Of a DNA stretch of 64,000 nucleotides, positions 47,001 to 59,995 are shown in pieces. The notes below the pieces were generated by a model. That model made no database searches. It was not told the DNA's origin and worked only from the letters and a program-made list of their open reading frames with translations. The position numbers and the translations under genes are program-made. Origin of the DNA: Craspedostauros australis (lineage: Eukaryota). The number at the start of each line of letters is the position of its first letter. Within the stretch, counting starts at the first letter, position 1. The stretch is from NCBI GenBank assembly GCA_030167865.1, contig JALAGF010000143.1, forward strand, positions 1 through 64,000. Reading direction: 5' to 3'.

Positions 47001-49063
47001 ACACATTCGACCGTGTCGCGAGACGCCTTGGCGTTTTCAAGGTCGAAACCATCGGCGATTGCTACGTCGCGGCCACGGGTCTGCCAGAACCCAACCCAGA
47101 TCATGCCATCGTCATGGCACGATTCAGCAAGCACTGCATGTCCAAGATGAGACACGTCGTCAACAAGCTGGCCGTGACGCTCGGCCCGGACACTGGAATT
47201 TTGTCCATGCGATGTGGTCTGCATTCGGGACCTGTCACTGGAGGAGTGCTGCGTGGAGACAAGTCTCGTTTCCAGCTCTTCGGTGACACCGTCAACACAG
47301 CCGCCCGTCTCGAACAAACCTCCATCCCCAACAAGATCCAGCTATCTCAAGCGACGGCCGATGAGCTGACGGCAGCCAACCGATCGTCTTGGATAGTTGC
47401 ACGTGATGACAAGATCGTGGCGAAGGGCAAGGGCGAGATGCAGACCTACTGGCTGCTGTTCGAAGGATTGTCAAGCAGCGATGGCTCCGTCATTTCGAAG
47501 GAGATTTCGTTGAGCATCGACGGAGGTGAAACCGCCACCCTGAATGCCAGCAACGAGACGGACAAGAACCTGCTGGGCGAATCGCCCGGCGCCGACGACC
47601 CCAACGAGAAGCGCACCAGCTACCGCCGATTCAAGTCCATCAACAGCAACGACGGCACTGCCGAAACCACGCAGAACCCCATCGAGCTGGAGGAGCAACG
47701 CAAGGCGGAGATCGCCCAGATGAACTTCGGAGAGCTCAACCTGGACGACATGGAGGAGAACACCGCCAACCTCCAGGATCCAAGCAGGATGCACCAGATC
47801 TACGAAAAGAAGAACATCACGCAGCTCGAGGTGCAGTGGAACGTCGATGTGCTCAAGAACATGCTCCAGAAGATTCTCGCCATGAGAGAATCGGGCGCTG
47901 ATCCGTTGATGGCCAAGGCGCGCGTCGCAGCGCTCAGCATCAATCGCAGACCAGGAGAGATCGTGCTGGACGAGGTGCAGGAGGTTATCGCACTGCCACA
48001 AGCAGCTGCGCAGTACAAGCAGGATCCAGCCACCATCGAGGTTGACCCCAAGGTCATTGCGCAGCTCCGCGACTTTGTGAAGAACATCGCATCGATGTAC
48101 CGCGACAACCCATTCCACAACTTCTCGCACGCCAGTCACGTTGTGCAGTCCACAACCAAGCTGATGAGCCGCATTGTGACTGCCACCCACGTCGACAACA
48201 CCGGCATGTCCTACAAGGACGAGCAGCCCAACACGCTTGCGATGCATCGCTTCACGTACGGTATCACATCCGATCCCGTCACCCAGTTCGCTTGCATCCT
48301 GGCCGCGCTGATTCACGACGTCGATCACTCCGGAGTTCCAAATGTGCAGCTGGGCAAGGAGCAATCTCGCCTCGCTAAGAAGTACCGCGGCAAGAGTGTG
48401 GCCGAACAGCACTCGCTGGACCTGGCCTGGAATCTGCTCATGGAACGACGTTACGCGGACTTCCGAGCATGCATCTATTCGAATCAGGAGGAGCTGGATC
48501 GCTTCCGTCAGCTGCTGGTGAACTCGGTGATGGCGACCGATATCATCGACAAGGAGCTGAACAATCTGCGCAAGGCACGTTGGGAGAAGGCATTCAGCGG
48601 GAAGAACAACGAGGGCAGACGGCGCAGCGAGGCGCAAGGCAGCATCGCTGCCAACAGCAACGACGGCAACGAGGACGATGAGGAAGAGGAGGAAGGCGAC
48701 GTCGAGAGCGTCAACCGCATGGCCACCATCGTCATCGAGCATCTCATCCAGGCATCCGATGTGTCTCACACGATGCAGCATTGGCACGTGTACGTCAAGT
48801 GGAACGAGAAGCTGTTCGACGAGATCTACGAGGCCTTCAAGGAAGGACGTGCCAAGACGGATCCGTCCCGCGCTTGGTACCAAGGTGAGCTGTGGTTCTT
48901 TGACAATTACATCATCCCGCTGGCGAAGAAGCTGGAGGATTGCGGCGTGTTCGGTGTGTCGAGTGACGAGTATCTGAACTACGCCAAGGCCAATCGGTTG
49001 GAATGGGAAAACAGAGGAGAGGAAGTGGTCAAGGGATACATGGCCAAGCATCGGGAGACCTGA
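44070..49063 (+). CDS. Receptor cyclase-PDE fusion, copy 3 (3 exons, about 1404 aa)
   Basis: Exons 44070-44744, 45356-46775, 46944-49063; introns GTACGT...TACAG and GTAAGT...GCAG. Same motifs; closest to copy 2. Confidence 0.92.
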
Positions 49064-49664
49064 GACAGGACAAGACAAGCAAGGAAAGGACAGAACAGAA
49101 CAGGGCAGGAGAGTACATACGTAGACGAGAAGAGGCATTGGCCGCACTAATACCAATAGAGACGGTATTTCATGACTGCTCAGAACTGCAAACAACTATT
49201 ATTATAGAATACTATACAAACAACATGCATAGGTGGTAGAGCATGGAGCATGCGGCGTGGTCGCGGAGCAGCACCATGGTTCCTGCACGGCCTCCTGTTG
49301 GATTCAATCTCCCCTTGCGGATGGAGAGGAGACATCACCATGGGCAGCAGCTCCATCCCGCTTTTGCTCTTGGCAGCGATGTGCGTCTTTTGCCAGCGTT
49401 CCTTCGCCGAGGATCACCGAAGATCAATTCCTCTCTTCGTTGTGCGAGGAAGGAATTTGTCTCCTTTTGCTTCTTTGAGACACACGCAGGTCAGGATAAA
49501 TCTCCCGCCGCGCGCCATCAAAAACACGCGCCGCAAAGCGAACGCCTGCGAAGGCAGAAGCCACGTTCACATCCACAGCAAGAATCAAGCCGACGCGATC
49601 TTCTCGCTCTTTTTGCTCCATTCTGCATAAAACAAGACCAAGACGAGATCAAGACAAGACGACC

Positions 49665-50126
49665 ATGAGCCTCCAGGACTACGTGAAGACGTCGCTGATG
49701 CCGCTATCGCAGGCCTACGGCTGGTACATGCTGACCAACGCCACCAGCGACGCGGACATCTACAGCCTCACCATGCAGCTGTCGGCCTTCTACGGCGGCT
49801 GGGCCTTGCTCAAGGTCTACGTCGGCGGCGACAAGCGCGAGAAGGGACACATCAGCATGGGCATCACCTTCCTGTCGTCGCTGCGGCAGCATTACCTCGC
49901 CACGATGATCGCCAGCGGCCTCGTCATTGCCAACTACGGTCTGCCGGCGGCCATGGTGCTGCCCATGTCCGATGCCAAGCTGGCCAGCGTCGTGGGCAAG
50001 GGCGACTTCAAGGATAAGCCCGTGCCGCCGTTCATCAAGATCTGGGTCCTCACCTTCAAGACCTACTTCCTTTCCAGCATTGCGTTGTGGGGCGTTGTCA
50101 TGTACAAGCTCACGCAGTTCTCGTGA
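49665..50126 (+). CDS. Small hypothetical multi-pass membrane protein (153 aa)
   Basis: Strong C/G-ending codon bias matching bona fide genes in this window; 3-4 hydrophobic segments; no recognised family. Confidence 0.8.
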   Translation: MSLQDYVKTSLMPLSQAYGWYMLTNATSDADIYSLTMQLSAFYGGWALLKVYVGGDKREKGHISMGITFLSSLRQHYLATMIASGLVIANYGLPAAMVLPMSDAKLASVVGKGDFKDKPVPPFIKIWVLTFKTYFLSSIALWGVVMYKLTQFS

Positions 50127-50598
50127 TTATGTGATCGTGTAGTCTTGTACGACCAGCCACAAGAGTAGATTCGGCAAAATAGGCTCTAGCTTCGTTGCAA
50201 GGTGCACCATGGAGACTGTGGTGTTGGGGAGGTGAACGCGGTGCGGCGTCGTCTCAAGTACTGTAGTGGGAACAGGATGGGACGCTCCTGGTCCTTTGTC
50301 AGGATTGCAGACCAAACGGGTATCGAGTTGATCCAAGCAGACCTTGTGCCATACTCCACTCCACTCTACTATCATATTCTATTATATACTGTTATACGTA
50401 TTCATGCAATATGCACTGTATTTGTATAGATTATTATACGTTGTATCATTTTGTATCGCATTGTATTGCTGTCCCTGCCTCTCCCCCTCGCTTTAGTTGT
50501 GAGCAAGGTCATTATCATCAACATCGTTGCTATTGTTGTCCTTGCATACTTCGATGCCATATTTCTGTCTGTATCTCTCTCTCTCTCACACACACACA

Positions 50599-53500
50599 TC
50601 AAACCATATCCCCCATGTCATCCTCGCTGTCGTCGCTTGTTGGTCTCGTCTCAGTATCATCAGTATCGTCATCATCGCTGTTTGTGGCAGCAGTCGACTG
50701 GTACTTCCTCAGATAGCCTTCCACGACGGCTGGGCCCTGCATCTCCCATTCCTTTCGATTGGCCTGCGCGTAGTTCAAGTACTCATCGGACGACACACCG
50801 AAGACGCCGCACTCTCTCAACTTATTCGCCAACGGGATGATGTAGAAGTCGAAGAACCCGATCTCCCCCTGGTACCACGTCTTGGATGGATCTTCCGATG
50901 CTCTGCCGGACAGGTAGGCCTGGTACATCTCGTCGAACAGCTTCTCATTCCACTTCGTGTAGATATGCCAGTGTTGCATGGTGTGGCACACATCGGATGC
51001 CTGGATGAGATGCTCAATCACGATGGTCGCCATGCGGTTCATGTCCTCGTTGCTTTGCGTGCCATTGCAACCGCACGGCGCCACCTGCTGCAGATCGGCG
51101 GGCGAAGACGACATAAACGCCTTGTGCCACCGGGCCTTGCGCAAGCTGTTCAGCTCCTTGTCCATCACATCCGTCGCAATCACCGCGTTCACGAGCAGCT
51201 GGCGGAACCGCTCCATCTCGTCCTGCGTCGTGTAGATGCAGGCGCGCAGATCCTTGTACCGATCTTCCATCAGCAGATCCCAGGCCAAATCGAGCGAGTT
51301 CTGTTCCGCGATGCTCTGGTTGCGGTAGGCCTGCGCCAATCGTTTCTGCTCCTTGATGAGCTGCGCGTTGGGCACGCCGGGATGGTCGAGGTCGTGGATC
51401 AGCGCCGCTATCACGCAGGCCAGCTGGATCAAGGGATCGGACGTGATGCCGAACGAGAAGTTGTGCATCGTCGTGTTCTGCTTCTCCTTGAACATCATGT
51501 GCTCGTAGTCGATGGTATCCGTGCGCACGATACGCGACAGCAGCTTCACCGTGGACTGCACGACGTGGCTGGCATGCGAGAAGTTGTGGAATGGATTTCG
51601 GCGGTACATCGAAGCGACGGTCTCGACAAAGTCCTCGGTTTGCTCCACCACGGCCGGGCCCAGCGCGACGGCGTTGGGATCGATGTTGTGCTGCGCGCAC
51701 TGGCCTGGCAGATGGATGACCTCCGTCATCTCGTCCAGCACCGTCGCATCCACGTCGCGATCGATGCGGAGCTCGTTGATCTGGTCGACATCGATGCGCC
51801 GATTGGGATCGCGGCCCGCCACAACACGCTGCAGCATGTGCTTGAGCACGTCGACGTTCCACTGCACCTCCAGGCTGTTGGCGGCGGATTGCATCGTGGC
51901 CGGGCCGCTGCCATCTCCGCGCAGCATAATGTTCTGTTCGACGCGCAGTTCGATCGTCGGTGGTCGTCGATCGATTGCGCTGCGCGTGGAAGCCGCCGCG
52001 ATGGGATGGCTCTCCTCGCTGTCGCGCGTCGTGCTGGAATCCGACTTGGACTCGAGCGGTTCGTTGCCCATGATGACCCAGTACGTTTGCAGCTCCCCCT
52101 TGCCCTTGGCCATGACCTTGTCGGCGCGTTCGACGATCCAGTTGTGCTTGCCATCGTGGATGAGATCGTTGGCCGTCTCCTGCGAGATGTGGATGCGCCC
52201 CCGCACGCCAGTCTGTTCCATGCGAGCCGCCGTGTTGACCGTGTCACCGAACAGCTGGAATCGCGACTTGTCCCCGCGCAGAACTCCGGCCGTGACGGGT
52301 CCGGAATGCAAACCCGATCGCAAGGAGAGGTCCTTCGTGTCCGGCCCCAGTTGCACGGCCAAGCGGTGCACCACCTCTCGCATCTTGATCATGCAGTACT
52401 TCGCAAAGCGCGTCATGATGAGGGCGTGGTGCGGGTTGGGTTCCGGCAGACCCGCCACAGCGACGTAGCAATCACCGATGGTCTCGACTTTGAAAACATC
52501 CAAACGTCTGGCGATCTTGTCGAAGCTGTTGTACAGCGATTCCAGCAGCTCGAAGACCTGTTCTGGTTCTCGCATGCTGGACCAGGCTGTGATGAATGCA
52601 GAATGCATATTAGTGGAGTAGTTTCGTTTGAGTGAATGTGTGTATGATAGCACCATAAAGAGAGAGAGAGAGAGAGAGACAAGTGAGTGATATATTCCAT
52701 CCATCCATTCTTGCACTCACTCACTCACCCCACCAACAAACAACAGCATCGACGACAACACACGACATACGTACCAGTAAACCCGCTGATATCCGCAAAT
52801 AGCACGGTGGCCCGCGGAAAGAGATCTGCAATGGGTTTCGACTTGGCAACCTGCGGTGCCGTCGGCTGCTGTTGCGGCACGACACGGCGACTGCGCTCGT
52901 CATTCATGAGCCGATCGCGCACGTTGGCTGGAAACAGGGAACTGACAATGGCATCGGACTTCTTGGCCGTCTTGACGACGGCCGTCTGCCGCCGCTCGAC
53001 GAAGTAATCATACAAGACGAAAACGGCGGCCGTGACGAGGAACGTGACAGCGACCGTGATGGCGTTCGTGACGGGTTCCGACGTGTTGTAGGTCTCGTAA
53101 AAGGCCTTGGAGGGAAAGACGTGCAGCGTGTACTCGCAACCGTCGAGGGTCTCGAAGGCTTCGAAGGCGCCGTCGACCTCGAGATCCTTGACCTTCCTGC
53201 GGCCGATGCGGATGGAGGGATAGAGGTCGCCTTCGCCGACGTAGCTGACGTTGGGTCCTTCGACGAGGTAGGTGAATTCCTGCTTGCACGCGCTGCGCAC
53301 GACGAGGTAGATGGGATCGATGTTGTCGGGCACGAGGTTGCGGAAGTATCCCGTCCAGAGTATGTTGCCGACGATGGTGGCCACGACATCCCGGCGGCCG
53401 TTGATGGTGCGCCAGATGGGCGTCACGACGAGGCTCGATGGCGATGCGTTGGGCAGCAGGCTGCCGGAGTTGGTGGCGATGGTGGACAGCACGGTGGCTT

Positions 53501-54878
53501 TGGTCTCCAGGACGCGCTTCAAGATGGGTCGGCTGAGCGCATCGTTGATGCCGTTGAGGTTGAGGAACTGTGCCAGCGGCACGATGGGCGCGATCTGCGC
53601 GATGGGAAGGAAGACGCCGGACGTGGTGGGACTCGGCTCCACCTTCTCGTTGTTGTCGTTGAATGCGAAAATGTGAGGATGCGGTTGCACCTGCAGATCG
53701 GTGCGCTGCACAAAGTCCAGCGATTCCTGGATCCATTCGGAGCTGTTGTCGCGCACGTAGCGTTCATACTGCGATCTCTGATCGACGGGAACGATGGGTG
53801 TGATGGCCGTGTAGGTGGTCTCCGTTGTGTTGATGAGCTGCTGGCCGCGTCCCTCGAAGCCTTCGATGTAGACCATGGGCCATTGGTCGCGCTTGTCTCT
53901 GTGGATGGATGCTGTCATTTGCAAGCTGACGGTCTCGTACGTGCGCACGACGAAGCGTGCGTTCAAGTTGGAGACGGCGATGATTTCGTTGGCAAAGTCT
54001 CGGAACTGCAATACTCGTGCGTAGTCGTAGGCATGTTATTGGTGTGTTGTTGGCGTGTTGTTGGCGTGGCACAGAATGGTGGTGATGAGGAACATTGAAT
54101 GAACGTTGAGTGACGAATGTGAGGATGCGTGAGTTGAAGATGGTGAATGACAATGACATTTCATCATGATCGTTAGAACCCCTTCGAACACAAGAGTTAC
54201 GGCTCACGAGACCACGTGGTGTGCATTGTGGCTGTGCAGCATAACATGTGCAATGGCAGCAGAGCACATGAACCCCCTCCGACACTTCACTCCACTCCAC
54301 TCCCAATAACACTCCACTAATAACAACACTCCACTCACCCGCGTTTCGTAAGCCCGATTCTCATCGCGGGACGAGATGAGGAAGACCGCGATGGAGGACG
54401 ACGCTGCGGCCACGGCCAGCACCAAAAAGAAGAGGAGCTTGGAACAGTTGAGCCATCTCGTTTCGTCGGCGGCATACTCTGCAGGTTCATGTTCTGGGCT
54501 CGATTCTTCATCATCGGTGCACACCGACGTGGGACCGCGCTTGGGATCGTCCGTCATGTTGCTGCCGATCGACAGGAGTCGTCCACGGCGCAGATCTGGG
54601 CGCTGCGGCAACGGAATGTCCTTGAGATCGATCGTCGGGTGTTGGCCGTTGTCGTTAGTATTGTGGTGTCTTTCAATGCCAGTCAGCGGTTGCACGGTTT
54701 CTTGCTCGCACGCGTCCAACGAACCGATGGCTGCCTGCGTCTCCTGATGGTTCGATCGCGCGACGACGCTGTCTTCTTGTTGCTGTTGCGGACTCTGCTC
54801 TCTGGAAAGGTGATGGGCAACATGAATGTGAGCATTGCTGCCGTCGTTGTTGTGATTGAAAGAGTGAGACTGCGTCAT
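50599..54878 (-). CDS. Receptor cyclase-PDE fusion, copy 4, inverted (3 exons, about 1252 aa)
   Basis: Exons 54878-54339, 54005-52775, 52586-50599; GT-AG introns at the same positions as copies 2 and 3. FADISGFT, KVETIGDCY, LFGDTVN, HDLDH, ASDVCH. Confidence 0.92.
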
Positions 54879-56754
54879 CTTTGCGAGATCGTTCTCCTTT
54901 CGAACACTGATGATGGGCTTCCCAGAGACGATCGTGCTCTGCTTCTTGCCGTGCTGGATGCGATCGTTGCTCAAAGATAGTCGTCCAGTATAGCAGAGAG
55001 TCCAAGACGACAATGCAGCACAGTCCGTTTCGATGCGTTGATGCTGAATTTGTGATTCTTGCTCACGTGCTGCTCTTCACTCATTTCCGCATGCGTTGAC
55101 CAGGTATCCGTGTCGCTTTCCGTCCTCATCCAACCGCAACAACAACCGCTGCACCTGAACCACGGTAATACATGTAGCAACAAGATGGCTTTGCGCGACA
55201 AGTTGGGGCGCTGTTGTTTGCGCCAAACCCGTGCAATTGCCAAAAGATGTGGCCAAATCATCGTATTGGTCCTCGTTGTGTTCAACAAATGACGTTGCAC
55301 ACACATCGTATTTAGCAATTGGTGTTCGCAACATGGGATAACTTCAACCACGTCATCGCCGCCACCACATTCGATGCGGTTTTGGAACGAAAACAGGAAG
55401 CCTTTTACACCAATGAAGATGACCGATGTTCCCCAATGAAAACGGCGCACCAAACGCAGCCACCAACACACATGCATAGGTTCACGTCATCACCACGTCC
55501 ACGCAAGTGCAGATTTGCCGTGGTTCGCAGCGAAATCAAGTCGAGGGAGTGGAACAGAGTATGGAACTCCTTTGGGAAAGTACCACACACCCAGGTTAGA
55601 ACAAGGATGGCGTCCTTCATGCACATCTCATCAATGATACGCAGAGCAATCTTGCTCTTGGAGCTCGTAAATCGGCGGTTTCAGGATGGCCATCGTGTGG
55701 TCACCAGTATCGCTTCGCAACGACATCCTTTCGCAACATTTATCGTTGCCTTTCATGGACTTTGGTTTGGTTTTGGCTTTGGCTTTGACGATTGCTGTGT
55801 GAACATGAGATTGTTGTCATGTGGCGCTGTCGACATGTTCATGTTGCGTTGTGCTTCACGTTCCAGTGCATTCCATTCTCATCGTGGTCAGTCCTCATGA
55901 TTGTGCAATGAATCCCACTCGACACTCCCATTGTACTGCCCCCTTACAAACTTGAAGTGTGGCGCCATACCTCAGAAACGACCAAACGGCAACTCCGAGA
56001 CCTATTCCGAGCACGTCTTCTTCTCGTACCAATACGCACGAGAGACGAGACAGAAAGTCGCAAACAGAGAGAACAGAATCTTGCTCACAGTCATCTCGCG
56101 ATATGATTCAGTGGCGTTTCGTTCTCTAGTCTTCTTGAAGAGTCTTCAAATCGCCTCTATGTGTCACTTGTTTGGTCTGACATGCTCACGGTCATTCGTT
56201 CGAAATTCAATCACGAGTATGCCTATCCACGAATGGATGTCGAAGCAACGGACGTCATGGAATCGTCACCGACGATTTCTCTTCACATTTTGTGCCGCTT
56301 CGCCCAAGGAACTGGAACAACCGAACATCGTTTGCGCTGATTGACGCGAATCCCACCAGCTGCGCACGATGAAGACATCCCTCACAGTCAACGGAAGAGC
56401 GGATGAACGAACGCGAAGGAGAGACGAGTGAAGGTCGTTTGGGGTCGGTGAAGCGATTGTACGAGCAAGAGGAGGTGTGCGAGGATGGCTCGGCGGCGCA
56501 ACGTGCAAAACAGTGTCGGAATGAAGCAATGAAGCGTGTGGAAATGAGCAATGCGATGCAGTTCGGTCTCCAGCACAACGCGGGCGGCTCACTCTACCGC
56601 TGAGATAGGGAATAGCGCAATGAACTCATTCACAATCGCACAAACCAAAAGCTCACAATTCAAAATCAGCGCCAAGTGAAAAGCAAACCGCACATCACAC
56701 CGCACCACACAAACAGCACACAAATAAAACACAAACAACACATCACATCACACT

Positions 56755-57801
56755 ATGTCTCGATCCGACGAAGCAAATCACGGTTTCACCGTCCCCAACG
56801 TCCATTACGACGCCTGGATCAAGGACAACATCCCCGACATGACGGGCAAGGTCGCCATCATCACGGGTGCCAACAGCGGTACCGGCTTCTGGGCGGCCGC
56901 CGCCCTGGCCTCCAAGCACTGCACCATCGTCATGGCCTGCCGCAACGAAAAGAAGGCGGCGCATGCCAAGGCCGAGATCATGGATCTGCACAAGGGTGCG
57001 ATGATCGACATCATCCGCATGGACAACATGGACCTCGCCTCCGTTCGGTCTTTCGCCAAGAAATTCAACGCCAAGTACGATCGCCTCGATCTGCTGCTCA
57101 ACAACGCCGGCGTCATGGCACAGCAATTGGTCGAGTCCAAGGACGGCCACGACATTCAGTTCCAAACCAACCATCTGTCCCACTTCCTCCTCACGAAGCT
57201 CCTTTGGGACAAGCTCGTCAAGACGGACGGTCAAGCCCGCGTTATCAACCACTCCTCCATGTTCCACCACCTCATGGGTACCACATTCGACAGGAACCGC
57301 ATGGAGAAACCGACGTACACCTACGGCATCTTCGGCAAGAACGTTGTCATCAACTGGATCTTCTTCCCGATGTTCGTTGGCTTCGCTATGCACGATCGCT
57401 GGGCACGATACGGCATGTCCAAGCTCTGCAACGTCCTCTTCACATTGGGATTGAAAGAACGAATCCAGAAGCAGGACATGACCGACGAGATCATCGCGCT
57501 GACGTGCCATCCTGGCATCGCCAGCACCAACCTGCACAACGTCGCCGGCGACGCCTATCCCAATTGGAAGATCGTGGGCAGGGACTACGCGCAGAGCGCC
57601 GCCGACGGATCGCTGCCGTTGCTGATGGCAGCGGTTTCTGAAGGAGCATCCAACGGCGATTTCTACGGCCCAGCTTCGTCCGGTGAGGACAAGGGACCAC
57701 CGCGCAAGACGCAGGCATTCGGCAATGGCAACGATGCCAACCTGGCATCCGAACTTTGGGACTATTCAGAGGAATGCATCGAAGAAGATTTTGGAATCTG
57801 A
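56755..57801 (+). CDS. Short-chain dehydrogenase/reductase (retinol dehydrogenase/WWOX-like)
   Basis: TGANSGTG Rossmann motif, MACRN, DLASVRSFA, LLNNAGVM, QFQTNHLSHF, YGMSK (YxxxK), HPG, LWDYSEE. Confidence 0.93.
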   Translation: MSRSDEANHGFTVPNVHYDAWIKDNIPDMTGKVAIITGANSGTGFWAAAALASKHCTIVMACRNEKKAAHAKAEIMDLHKGAMIDIIRMDNMDLASVRSFAKKFNAKYDRLDLLLNNAGVMAQQLVESKDGHDIQFQTNHLSHFLLTKLLWDKLVKTDGQARVINHSSMFHHLMGTTFDRNRMEKPTYTYGIFGKNVVINWIFFPMFVGFAMHDRWARYGMSKLCNVLFTLGLKERIQKQDMTDEIIALTCHPGIASTNLHNVAGDAYPNWKIVGRDYAQSAADGSLPLLMAAVSEGASNGDFYGPASSGEDKGPPRKTQAFGNGNDANLASELWDYSEECIEEDFGI

Positions 57802-59892
57802 AGCTGTGCAGGTCTGGAGAATTGATCGGACGTTGCGGTCGGGAACTTTGTTGATACCTTTGCCCGCGGTGGTGCCTTTCCGGACTGCACGGCGCGCCAT
57901 CACCCACATACAAGTACTTGTAGATTAAAACCTCTTTGAACGAATTGGCATAGCACACACGAATGTTCTTTCAAAACCAGAGTATTGTTCTCTCGTCGTC
58001 AGGCAAACGTTGTGGTAGGTTGGAGTTCGTGAGATGCATGGATGTGTTGATGGAGATAGGAGTAATTGTCCTCGATAACAGAGGAGAGCAGCGGAATGTA
58101 CTGTAATGGTGGAAGTAGTCGCACATGTTGATCGTGGGCGGGAGATGATCTCACGTCATGTTGTTCTTGTATGGATGACTTCGTTCTTCGGTGAAGGATG
58201 TTGTTGGGTGATTGTTTCGCTTGCTTTTTATCAATCCGGTCACACGATTCGCCCGACGCGATGAACATTGAAGATATTTTATCAATTGTGCGTCGGGCGA
58301 AATCGGCTTTTCTTTCATGTGCGGAACAGGCTGCTGATGGCGTACTATGAAACGGAGAAACGCGGGCAGCAAATGATGCACCAACTATCACACCAACATC
58401 TGAATCTAACGAAGAAAGAATCGCCATTCGATGGTCTTGAGTTGCCACGAAGCAGCGTGCCGCCTCCAGACAAGCACGAACGCCAGCAGAGCACTCGTAG
58501 AAACAGATGACGATCGCGAAGTTCGGAGATGGCAAATGGTGGAACAGGAATCGCACGTCTCCGATCAAGACAGTGATGCCACACCATACCGCTGGCAGGG
58601 CACCAAATATCAGGCAGTGAAAGGACGAAGCACCGGAAACGCGCCACGAACTCGCACTGGGAACTTGATGACGTGAGATTCAAAGTACTCAGCTCATTGG
58701 AGCACTGATGGTGATTGTGGCGACGATGCTGATGTTGGCACTGGTGTCTTTGTGGAACGTGATGCAGTCCACTTGTATGCGCGGCGAGAGAACAAGGATG
58801 CCGTAACATCACCGATAGGATATAACAACAATCATTATATGATTTACCGCAACCTCTACTGATCGGACGACAATGGTCGTTATGAATCGTGGATGTTATC
58901 GGACTATGACAGGAATGGACAGGTCATTGAAAGACTTCATCTACATGTCTAGATTATTCAACAGGCCTTAGCAATGTTGAAGAGCGAGGTGAAAGGTGCG
59001 CACGATGTGTCTGAATCACTTGCACGCTAGACATCGCATGTCTCTCATCAATGAATAGAAAGCTCCGAGCAACAAGCCTTGTGATTCAATTTCAGTTCTG
59101 CTCTCTCGTCGTTTCAAGGGAATCACAACCAACACAGCTCTGACATGTGCAACATGCATCTCGGCTATACCATTTGCACGCCTAACGTTGCGTTGCTATC
59201 ATCGTGATCAATGTATACATCGGGGGGATATGTATTGTGGTGTAGCTCTGGTAGGTGAAGGATGGATGAAGTGTGTGTAGTGTGGCACATCGCAATCTGC
59301 ATTGCTCATTCTCATGGCGTCGCGTTGAGGCGTGGTTGCGTGGTTTCATCTTCGCGGTTTGTTGTTGCTGACGTGTGCGCAAAATGAGATGGTTGGTCGC
59401 CGTTGTCGCTGTTGTCGCTGTGCCTCTTTGCGCTTTGCGCGTTCTTCAATACTACGAGTACCTGGTCGGCAAGTGCCCCAGAGAGAAATGACCAGCAATG
59501 GAGGCTGATAAATGTCAGGACACAGGAGTGCGTAAATGCCCATTCGCTCATCGTCACGTGAGGTGTAGGATTGGGTTCGACGATGACACAGTGAAGCCTT
59601 GTCGAAGTCTCCCGCGGCGTTCATTTATTGTATGCGCTCCTGTACGAGTGACGGTGGCAATGCGCGAACGATGGGGAGACAACTGTGAGGGACATTCCTC
59701 CATCCACTCTGTGAGCAGTAATTCCGCGCTCGACAACAACGGGAACAGCGCGAACCACGGTACCAACATAGCACACGCTGGGCCAACCATCACCTCGCGA
59801 TGGGCTGAAGCAATCCCGATCCTCGCTCTTCATCCTTCATCCTTCACTTCTGACTATAACACAGGTCGGACGCCTTGATAGGTCATATAGGA

Positions 59893-59935
59893 TTATAACT
59901 ATTGTAACTGTTATAACTATTATAACTATTATAAT
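59893..59935. repeat. AT-rich 9-bp tandem repeat (TTATAACTA-like, about 5 copies) upstream of the STAND ATPase
   Basis: ttataacta ttgtaactg ttataacta ttataacta ttataat seen directly. Confidence 0.85.
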
Positions 59936-59995
59936 AGAATACCTCCCAAGACGCCATTGCAGGCACCCGTCAACAACATAGTATAACAGGAGACA

